NCBI GenBank assembly: GCA_030141605.1
Contig: JAQGDQ010000563.1
Span: 16,293 to 80,292 of the forward strand
DNA length: 64,000 bases
DNA from: Tubiluchus corallicola
Taxonomy: Eukaryota > Animalia > Priapulida
Direction: 5' to 3'
Of this stretch, positions 24,301-34,732 are shown piece by piece. Within the stretch, counting starts at the first letter, position 1. Each line of letters starts with the position of its first letter. Both the position numbers and the translations under genes were made by a program. The notes beneath the pieces were generated by a model that was not told where the DNA came from, did not search any database, and saw nothing but the letters and a program-made list of their open reading frames with translations.

Positions 24301-25291
24301 AGGCACACAATGATACGCCTGTAATAAACACAGTGATGATGAGATGATATGAGGCACACAATGATACGCCTGTAAGAAACACAATGATGATATGAGACAC
24401 ACAATGATACGCCTGTAAGAAACACAATGATGATATGAGGCACACAATGATATGCCTGTAAGAAACACAGTGATGATATGATATGAGGCACACAATGATA
24501 TGCCTGTAAGAAACAGAGTGATGATGATATGATATGAGGCACACAATGATACGCCTGTAAGAAACAGAGTGATGATGATATGATATGAGGCACACAATGA
24601 TATGCCTGTAAGAAACACGATGATGATATGAGGCACACAATGATACGCCTGCAAGAAACACAGTGACGATGCAATGATATGAGACACACAATGATACGCC
24701 TGTAAGAAACACAATGATGATGAGATGATATGAGGCACACAATGATACGCCTGTAAGAAACACAGTGATGATATGAGGCACACAATGATATGCCTGTAAG
24801 AAACACAGTGATGATATGAGGCACACAATGATATGCCTGTAAGAAACACAATGATGATATGAGGCACACAATGATATGCCTGTAAGAAACACAATGATGA
24901 TATGAGGCACACAATGATACGCCTGTAAGAAACACAGTGATGATATGAGGCACACAATGATACGGCTGTAAGAAACACAGTGATGATATGAGGCACACAA
25001 TGATATGCCTGTAAGAAACACAGTGATGATATGAGGCACACAATGATATGCCTGTAAGAAACACAATGATGATATGAGGCACACAATGATACGCCTGTAA
25101 TAAACACAGTGATGATGAGATGATATGAGGCACACAATGATATGCCTGTAAGAAACACAGTGATGATATGAGACACACAATGATACGTCTGTAAGAAACA
25201 CAATGATGATATGAGACACACAATGATACGCCTGTAAGAAACACAATGATGATATGAGACACACAATGATACACCTGTAAGAAACACAATG
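21291..25291. repeat. ~4-kb satellite of 43-bp units (51-bp variants), ~90 copies, derived from a PIGN 3' splice site
   Basis: unit aatgat(a/c)gcctgtaagaaacaca(a/g)tgatgatatgag(a/g)cacac; the first copy overlaps exon 21179-21300. Confidence 0.97.
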
Positions 25292-25724
25292 TGAAAGTTA
25301 TAACTGTATATTTAGGTGCTGCCATCTATTGATTCGTTACTTGTTTATTCGAAACATTTACTAGTTGAATTCACCCCTTAATGCAATTGTATGTTCCAAT
25401 GAATATTCAAACTCACTGTATCTCCCCTATTTTTCTGTAATGGGATATGTGAAGCCCAGTTCTTGCATACTTCTCTACATATATAAACTGGCTAGATTTC
25501 ACTGCTAGTCACTCTCTGTCTCAGGCAGTGCAGTCATGTTACACACTGTCTCTCTGTCACACACTCAGTGCTGTGCAGCAGTTGTGATCATCATTCTACT
25601 TGTGCATTTTACTCATGTGTATTTAGTGCAATAAAAGTGTTTCAGTTCTTGTGCAAATATTTAATCTTGTGTTTAGTTGTTTATACCAGTGTTCAATTTC
25701 GTCTTCACAAATATCTTTCACATA

Positions 25725-25745
25725 TGGTCCTTCGAGCCGGATTCG
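25725..25745 (+). promoter_or_regulatory. Primer-binding site complementary to the tRNA-Tyr 3' end
   Basis: TGGTCCTTCGAGCCGGATTCG, 2 nt after the 5' LTR. Confidence 0.9.
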
Positions 25746-25799
25746 AGCCCAGACAGCGCACAGGGATAACCACACAGGACTTCTACTTCTGTCGTCAAC

Positions 25800-28700
25800 A
25801 TGACGGAGCAAGTGGAGAAAACTAAACGAGTTCGTCGAGCTCTGAGATCTTCACTCACTAAGGCTGACGAGCTAAATCAAGAGATTCCGAGGAAAGAAGA
25901 GGTAAGCCTTCTCTTATCAATTGTTACTGAAAGGGCAGAACGCCTGTTTGAAGCAGACAACAACATCTTGTCACAGTTGTTAGACGCTGACGCCGAACAG
26001 GTATCACTCGATGAGGAAGTCGAATCTGCTGATGAGTACAAATGGCGAATTACACGTGAAGTACATCGTGCCAATCAATTTCTTGGCCCTGCTTCCGCAG
26101 CTGACCATCCTACCACTGGTCCTGCCGCAGGTGTCAGCCGAGCTGACACTCTCTCTGACAATTCACTTGCTCGTTCAACAGCTTTTACTCGCTTACCTAA
26201 GCTAATACTGCCGAAATTTGATGGCCAGATTCTGGAATGGCTGGCGTTCTGGGAGCAGTTCGATGCTGCTGTTCATTCTCATGAGCATTTAGCACCTGTG
26301 CAGAAGTTCACTTACTTGAAAGGTCAACTATGCGGTGAGCCTGCCACAGCCATTGCCGGGTTGCCTCTTTCTTCAGCTAATTATGCAACCGCCATTCATC
26401 TACTTGAGCGTCGGTTCGGACGCAAAGAAGCACTAATAAGTGCGCATATGTCAGCACTTCTTCGATTGCAACCATGCACCTCTCTCGATGCGAAGCCACT
26501 TCGTAAAGTGCTCGATCAACTTGAGACAAACGTACGGGGTCTCGAAGCCCTCCATGCCACTTCGGATTCTTATGGTCGGTTACTAATACCGGTCCTGTTG
26601 TCTCGTATTCCTTCACATCTTCGTCTCCAATGGGCAAAGAAGGATGCGGACGAAGAAGGTACAGTCACGGAACTTATGGAGTTTCTCAGAGATGACATCC
26701 AAGCTCGTGAGCGTGTCAGAGAAGTCAACTACTTCGTCGAGAAGCCTCCTCAACCAACTGTGAAACAGTGTTCTAGTAAACGTTCTACATTTCTGACAAG
26801 GGGCACCAATAACAGTCAGTCATGTTTATTGTGTGGCGATTCGTGCAGAACCCCTTTCCATTGTCAGAAGTTCTTAAGCTTGTCCGTTGATGCTCGACAG
26901 CAGCTCATCAGGGACAGACACTTGTGTTTCAATTGTTTATGGTCACATCGATTACAACAGTGCACATCCAAGAATGTGTGTCAAGAATGTGGTTCCTTGC
27001 ATCATACACTGCTGCATCGTGTTTCTTCAAACAGTGCATTCAGCGGAAGTTCTCCTAGTGTTGTTTGTGATCCGCCTTCTTCTAAACTCAACTGCATGGT
27101 GAAAACTACCAGCAATGGTCACCGCACCGTTCTACAGACAGTTCTTGTCCACATGGATGGAATTGATCGTCCGGTTCGTCTACTCCTGGATAGTGGATCG
27201 GAAGAGACTTACATCAGCGAAGCTCTCAGTCAACAAATTCAACGCAAACGGGCTACTCAATGTAAGTTGTTTCAAGTTCAAACTTTTGGTGGGACGAATA
27301 CTTCCTCAATTAACAGACAGAAATATGAGTTCAAACTGCGTAGTATGTATGATGATCAATGGTATTTTATGAATTGTTGGGTTGTTCCCTTCATATGTTC
27401 ACCCCTTCAGGGTGTTGAATTGTCGTGCTTAACTATGTTACCACAAGGTTTAGATTATGCTGATGATTACAGTCAATTACAATTGCCTATTGATGTATTG
27501 GTTGGTAATGATGCCCTTCCTCACATCTTTACCCCTAATGCTCCCATCTTCCACTCCAATCTTATGCTGATTCCTACCATCTTTGGTTGGACCTTGAGTG
27601 GTTGCGTTCCTAACTCCCTGTCACAACATTCCTCCTTGGTTCCTCTTGTACGCACTCTGTACTCTAGGAATGCAGATGCCAATATCTGTGAATCTTGGTG
27701 GCAGTTGGAGTCCATGAACATTCATCCTGACACGGAAAAGGACGAGTTTCCTTTATCCATCAAACACATTGATGGTCGATACGAGACTACTTTGCCATGG
27801 GCTGGGTTCGAACGTCCACAGTTCACTAAACAACAAGCCTTGGCACATAGTCGATCTTTCTACAGGTTGCCTCCAGAACGGCAACATCGATACAGAGACT
27901 CTTTAAAAGAGTGGCAAACCCTTGGAATCATTGAAGACGCACCTAACACAGATGGTGGCAATTTCCTACCCCATCATAGTCTCATCCAAGGAACAAAGTT
28001 GCGAGTTGTTTTCAACGGCTCAGCAAAGCCTACCATTGGCCTCAGCATCAACGATTGTCTGGTAACCGGTCCCAACATGCTCAGCGACCTTTTAGCCATT
28101 CTGGTACGTTTCCGCAGTCACCAAATTGGTCTAATTGCTGATATCGAGAAAGCCTTCCTGATGATTGGAATCTCGCCTCCAGATCGAGAATTTCTCAAAT
28201 TCATTTGGGACTTGGACGGCAAACAGCACGTCAGCAGATTTGTTCTGCAAGCCCCGCCATTCTTCATGCCATCATTGCGATGCATCTAGACAGCCTACCG
28301 GCGACTTCAACAGTCACCTCTCTTAGGCACAATATGTATGTCGACAATCTCGTATCCGGTTGCGACTACGAAACCGACATCGATTCATTCAAATCCGAAG
28401 CTATTCAAGCCTTCGCCAGTGCCGGCATGAACCTTCGTGCTTGGCAGACTTCTTCCTCTTCTACAAGAGAACGGTGGGAGTGCAACACTGATGACTTTAC
28501 CAAAGTTCTTGGCCTCAGCTGGTGCCATCAATCTGATACCATAGCCGCCAGCCTGAAGCTTTCATCTGAACCTCCCATCACTAAGCGTCAAATGCTAGCC
28601 GAAATCTCCAAGATTTTCGATCCTCTGGGATTTATTTCCCCCTTCACCATACGTCTCAGGATTCTCTTTCAGTCACTCTGGAGAGAGTCACTCAACTGGG

Positions 28701-30724
28701 AAGATGAACTACCTTCCAGTACTGCAGTACAATGGGGTCGTTTCATTGAGGAAACACAGCAACACGAATCCAGGATACACTTTCCTCGATACGTACCAAT
28801 GACTTCACACTCTGAACTTCACATCCTTTGTGATTCTAGTGAGGCAGCTTATGCAGCTGTTGCGTACATCAAGACAGACACCAATGTCGACTTACTCATT
28901 TCGAAGAGCAAACTAGCCCCACTTAAACCACAGACTCTGACTCTTCCACGTTTAGAGCTGATGGCTGCTCTTCTTGGGGCTCGTCTAGGGACTTACATCC
29001 AGCAGCATGTACCAGTCCTATCATCATGTCTCAGACATTTCTACTCGGACTCAATGGTAACACTCGGATGGATACGCAGTATGCCAAAAGACGTGTTCGT
29101 GAGGAATCGAGTTCGTGAGATCCACACACTCTCGCAAGCATGCGAGTGGTCTCACGTACCTAGTTCGCAGAATCCCGCAGATCTGCCAACTCGAGGTTGC
29201 AAGCTACTCTACTTGCAACACCTGGACCTTTGGAGACATGGTCCACCTTTTCTCACACTCAGGGAGGAGTCGAACTACTCTGTCTGCGAACAGAAGTCCT
29301 CCACTTTGCTCACTGTAACAACTCCTCTTACAGACTCAGAGAAGACACCACTTTTTCCTGTGGACCGATGGTCTTCCTTACAACGAGCTATAAACATAAC
29401 CTCTTATGTGCTCAGATTCGTTCATAATTCACGACTCCTCAAGTCAACTCGCGTCGGCGGACCACTTACGCCACACGAGAGAGTCAAGGCGATAAACGCT
29501 CTTCTCAGAGACAGTCAGTATGTTTACAACTCTGCAGACATACTTAACTTGCAAAAAGATGGTGATGTAACTCCCTCTTCTTCACTTTGGAATGCTCGTC
29601 CGCAGTGGTCCAAATCTCTTCAACTCATTATGTGTACACCGAGAAATGGTGAGCAGATGATACCTTGGTTACACCCAGGCTCGCCACTTACATCACTTAT
29701 CATCATGGATTGTCATCACAAACTTTATCATCAAGGCGTTTCCACAACAGCTACAGAAGTTAGCAAATGCTACTGGCTCCCAAAGCCTCACAGGACTGTC
29801 AAGAAGATTCTCCAGAAGTGCGTTTCCTGCAAGAAGCTTCAAGGACGACCATACACTTCTACTGAAGGCAGTCTTCCACCATTCAGAGTCACAGAAGCGC
29901 GACCATTTGCGCATACTGGACTTGATCACTTCGGCCCATTGTATCTTGGCGACCAGACCAAATCATGGGTTCTTCTGTTCACATGTGCCGTCACTAGAGC
30001 CATACACATGGAAGTTGTCACCTCACTCAATGAGAAGGACACTGGACTAGCTATTCGTCGGTTCTTAGCACGCCGTGGACCCGCACAATTCTACAGCGAC
30101 AACGCTCGATCATTCGTCAGCTTGGCGAAACACATGCAGAGGAGTCTAACCTGGACCTTCATCCCTGAAGCTGCACCCTGGTGGGGAGGTTACTGGGAAA
30201 GACTCATCGGAACTATCAAACGTTCTTGTCGCCAGACACTTGGCAGCACATCTTTATCTCTGACTGAACTCACCACAGTGGTCACAGAGTTAGAGGAACG
30301 CATCAATCGGTGCCCTCTCGTTTTGTCCGGAGATGAACCTTTGACTCCAGGACACTTCATCTTTGGAGCTACTCCACCAGCACTTTTGGACATAGGCATC
30401 CACGATTCACCACCTCCTGAAGATCTACAGAGGAGATGGAAACATCGTCTCACCATCAGCACACATCTTTGGTCCAGATGGAGGAACGAGTACCTTCTAT
30501 CCTTATGACAATGGAGAACCAAGACAAGATCTCCAGCTACTCCGAAGGAAGGAGACATCGTTCTCGTCCATTCCAAGCCTCTACCTCGATGGCGTTGGCC
30601 ACTAGGGAGGATCGAATCACTGATTCCCGGTCGAGACGGAAATCCACGAGCCGCCTACATCAGGAGTCACGGACGCCTTACTCGCCGTCCCCTTTGTCTC
30701 CTCTACCCCTTAGAATGCACCTGA
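25800..30724 (+). pseudogene. BEL/Pao gag-pol polyprotein broken by a frameshift (~28240) and a TGA (30506-30508)
   Basis: LPKL.LPKFDG gag, three Cys/His knuckles, LLDSGS protease, ADIEKAF and YVDN RT, LPRLEL RNase H, GLDHFGP/SDN/WERL integrase; frame reopens after the TGA (GDIVLV...WPLGRI...LYPLE). Confidence 0.93.
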
Positions 30725-31604
30725 TCTTTAATGACATACCTCCTAATTTGCATTGTTTCATTTATTTGACATTTTGTATTGTATTGACATGTATTGACAC
30801 TCTAATTATTTTCGTTTCAAGGTGGGAGGATGTGAAAGTTATAACTGTATATTTAGGTGCTGCCATCTATTGATTCGTTACTTTAAACATTTACTAGTTG
30901 AATTCACCCCTTAATGCAATTGTATGTTCCAATGAATATTCAAACTCACTGTATCTCCCCTATTTTTCTGTAATGGGATATGTGAAGCCATGTTCTTGCA
31001 TACTTCTCTACATATATAAACTGGCTAGATTTCACTGCTAGTCACTCTCTGTCTCAGGCAGTGCAGTCATGTTACACACTGTCTCTCTGTCACACACTCA
31101 GTGCTGTGCAGCAGTTGTGATCATCATTCTACTTGTGCATTTTACTCATGTGTATTTAGTGCAATAAAAGTGTTTCAGTTCTTGTGCAAATATTTAATCT
31201 TGTGTTTAGTTGTTTATACCAGTATTCAATTTCGTCTTCACAAATATCTTTCACAGGCACTGCTGTTGCTAACGATACTGCTGCTTTACTTTGCTGCTGC
31301 AGTAGCCGTTCTTGCTGCCGTGTTTTAAGTAGTACAATGAAGAGTAAATAAAAAATCATGAATCGACTGTAACGTAAACTGAATTAAATTTAGAGTTAAT
31401 TAAGTTAAAAACTATTTCAAGATGAAAAAGCTCGTTATTTTTCAGTTCAAACGTTTCACGAGATGTTGTGTTAACAGTCTAGAAGTTTAGGGGGAAGTAT
31501 GGAAGCAGTATATATAAGCATTAGAACATGTTAATAGCTATATCTCCGAAATCATTTAAAGAAGTTGTTCAACTCGGTAGTTCACTAATAAATGTCAGAC
31601 TTTT

Positions 31605-32205
31605 TTAAAGGACAAGAATAGGGGCACCTAAAGTTGGTTTCAAAAAAATCGCCTTAAAACTTATACTACTTCACAGCAATTTTACGAACATATCGTACAC
31701 GCGTTGAAACGAATTTTTACTTGATACATTTTAAATCTCCCACAATACTGTTCCGACGTCGCCATTACATGACGTCACTACGCAAACATAAATCAGGGAA
31801 AGAAAAGGAGATGTTAAATTACGTCCCCAAAGCTTTCCAGTCAAAACTATATTGCTTAGCATTTCGCTTACCTGCTGGAAAGACTTATTTAACTAGATGT
31901 AATAATAATTTAAAATGTTCGTGCCAATTGGTAAAATGTTACTGGCATTCAAGAATGTATGTTTAATCTTATTTACAACATGCAGTAATTGACAGTGTAT
32001 GCTACGAATGCTCTGATTATTTTTTCAAACGTTACTCAGTGTGATCTAAACTTGTTTCAGTCATCAGGGATGTTTAAACTTGCACATTTTATACAGAATT
32101 AGGGCCGATACAAGTACTACATGCGAAAAGGCATTATGTAAGTTGTATCAAATTTCAAGACACATTTTTAAGCTAAAAGTTATTTGAGGATTTCTTGTGC
32201 TTGAA
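31605..32205. mobile_element. Second Kolobok-like copy
   Basis: ttaaAGGACAAGAA...TTCTTGTGCT termini; colinear with 18013-18689. Confidence 0.65.
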
Positions 32206-32333
32206 GAAAGCTTTCACAATCTACGTTGTGTTACAGGTAATTAGCTGTTAACTACTAACTACCACTGTTAACTATTAACAATTGTGGCGATGAAAAGGAC
32301 ATCCTTAGTAGAAAATATTTAATTAAGATATAC

Positions 32334-32542
32334 CAGTTTGGAGCCACCAGAGAGAAAAAATTTCTTCTTTTTTACAGATTTCGTTAAGTCCTCACAGTTC
32401 AGCCATTTTGAACAGTTTTGCATCCCTTGCAAGTGGAAAAATCCAACAGGACATCTGGAAGATGGTAACACTGAGTGCAACGGCGACGATGACAATGATG
32501 ACGATGTTAATGATTTTTTTGATGATAGTAGTGATAAGTAAC
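32334..32542 (-). CDS. POMK: POMK/SGK196-like protein O-mannose kinase, exon 2 (...RCPVGFFHLQGMQNCSKWLNCEDLTKSVKKKKFFLSGGSKL)
   Basis: CPxGxF..G.M.NCS.WL.CE resembles human POMK [23 protein letters not shown]; tttttgcag acceptor and gtatat donor; not in the ORF track. Confidence 0.78.
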
Positions 32543-34296
32543 CTGCAAAAACGAGGCTGTGTTAAGTTACACCACTTTCTATCTAGAAAAGCAATCAAAT
32601 GGAACAGTATTTGAATATGTAAGAGAAAAAATAACAGCACTTGTAACGTAGCTTCTTAATTGTTTTCTACTTTATGTTTTTCTACTTTGTTTAGTGGTTA
32701 GAGGTTAGTGGTTAGAAGAGTCGCTCTTGTTGTGGTGTTAGAAACAGCAGGGTGGACCACTAACCACTGGTCAAGGGGCAGGGCAATAGACGTCAGCTAG
32801 TTTTACTTTTAGGTCGCATCTCCTCATAGGGCTTTTCGTTTCTTCAATTTTGTTTCGCAAACATTTTGTGTTCTGTAGGGCAGATGTGCACCTGGGTTTT
32901 AAAAAGCTGACAAGCTTTAAACACTCGAGGGAGTGGTCAAAACGCAAAATATGGGGTCCCCAGTTGGTGACCTTTTACATGCTGAAGGCTAGAGACACAA
33001 AACTCACAGGGTACGCCATCTTGGCAAAGTTGCCTATATACAGATGTAGCAAGTAGTAGTAGTAGCAGCACTAAATTTATTGACTGATGACAGTCCATTC
33101 AAATCCATTTAAAATTGCATGTTAAGTTAGTTGTAACAAAAAATTTGATCGTTTGAAAATACTAAATCTCTCATAAGCAAAATGCATTAGATTATGTTGG
33201 CCCAAGCTAATACATAATGACTGTATATTAGTAAAGTCCAAATTGCTATACAGTTCTCTAAAATGTTCACTTTCCCACACTGGCACTGTATGTGTTGTTC
33301 TGCAAACACAAAGGGAATCTTTCCTGGATATCCTATTCCATCTCGCTCCATGATCCTGTAAACTCAAGTCTTTCACTTCAGGTACATTATCACTGAATTC
33401 CTGGTTTACGTAGACTTTATGGACTCCTAACTGAGGATTGATTGTAGATTATGTACTTAGATCCAGATGAGTTAAAGATTTTATTTTGCAATATTTTGCC
33501 CTTCCACATCTATAGGATTTTCTTCACATTAGAAACGTATTTAGCTGCAAGCAGTACAAGTTTCATGATCATGATTTTAGACACCAAAAAGTCTTGATAC
33601 CCGAAAGTGTACACTGTACGTCCAATTTTGGAGTTCCTTCATAGGTCTCAATGCATTTCTTATGTTTTTAAGATTTTTGGAGTTTATATTCTGTGAATTA
33701 AAGCTAGAAGAAGAATTTTTGCACTCGATTACTTGCATCTGTAGCAAAAGTTGGCGAGAAATGTAGCCGGCTTTAAAAGATGAAGCCATTTAACCTTTTA
33801 AACTTAATATAAAAAGTTTACTATTCTACTTAAGAGAGAATTCTCTGTTTTTAGCTTAATCCTTAACATATCAATGGAATGCAAGATGTATTTCCGTTTT
33901 TTCCATTTAAATTTCAATGGTCGAAAACAGGAGATTTCAGAATTTTTCAAAAATCGTTCCGAACTGCGGATGTATATCTGAAATTCTTCTGGAGACTCCT
34001 GACCAAATCAGTACTGGTTCATGTACATTTATGAACTCATTCATTCATAAAATGAGACTCATTCTCATTTTAATTTACTGTCCAAAATATACATTTTCTT
34101 GGCTAAAAAGTTAACAATTGTTCTCTTATATTTGAACCTTAAAAGCCAATTAACGGCAACCGAACATGGCTATTGCTTACAGCAGAAACTAACCACAGTT
34201 TCTGCAATGGCAGGCATCTTTCCTTGCGCGTCAAGCACATTTGCGTAGGTGTTACAGTACTGCTTAAATATTCCTGGTCTTTTTTACAATAGACTA

Positions 34297-34506
34297 TACT
34301 TTTACTATTAGAAGATCAGTACTTGCAACTTTTACTATTACAAGATCAGTACGTGCAACTTTTACAATTAGAAGCTCAGTACGTGCAACGTTTACTATTA
34401 GAAGATCAGTACGTGCAACGTTTACTATTAGAAAATTAGTACGTGCAACTTTTACTATTAGAAGATCACTACGTGCAACGTTTACTATTGGAAAATCAGT
34501 ACGTAC
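34297..34506. repeat. 30-bp minisatellite, ~7 copies
   Basis: unit tttactattagaagatcagtacgtgcaac(t/g). Confidence 0.9.
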
Positions 34507-34638
34507 TACCAATATGCTCACCAATAACAACAATTTGTAGCATCGAAAGGATAACCCAAAACTAAACGTTTATTCAAAACAACTAAGCTATTTGAACTTG
34601 ACAAATAATTCGTACCATAAAATTTTTATTATATTTAC

Positions 34639-34732
34639 CTGTTGCAAACATAGTATCGATGATAAGCTCACATGAATATATAAACATCACAACAAAAAAA
34701 GCAATCTGCCATTCCCTAGTACACCGAACCAT
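34639..34732 (-). CDS. POMK: POMK-like exon 1 (MVRCTREWQIAFFVVMFIYSCELIIDTMFAT), type II signal anchor
   Basis: ATG at 34732; hydrophobic stretch; CAG|gtaaat donor in phase 1 matching exon 32334-32542. Confidence 0.65.

Larger units (their letters stand above)
25290..31255 (+). mobile_element. Full-length, defective BEL/Pao LTR retrotransposon
   Basis: TGTGAAAG...CTTTCACA LTRs at 25290-25722 and 30831-31255; tRNA-Tyr PBS; PPT AAGGTGGGAGGA at 30819-30830; gag-PR-RT-RH-IN domain order. Confidence 0.97.

Noticed and set aside
21185-25325. Very long His/Cys-rich ORFs (466-1332 aa)
   Set aside because: They are translations of a stop-poor 43-bp satellite in all three frames; no evidence of a real protein.
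32050-32070. Minus-strand CTGATGA-CT-GAAAC hammerhead-like core
   Set aside because: No room for stem II, and it is not conserved in the sister element at 18013-18689.
21300-32334. In-frame POMK-PIGN fusion protein
   Set aside because: Phase 0 donor versus phase 2 acceptor, and array acceptors that restore the frame run into the TAA at 21336-21338.
33122-33789. Short minus-strand ORFs inside the POMK-like intron
   Set aside because: No recognisable motifs and no consistent splice chain.
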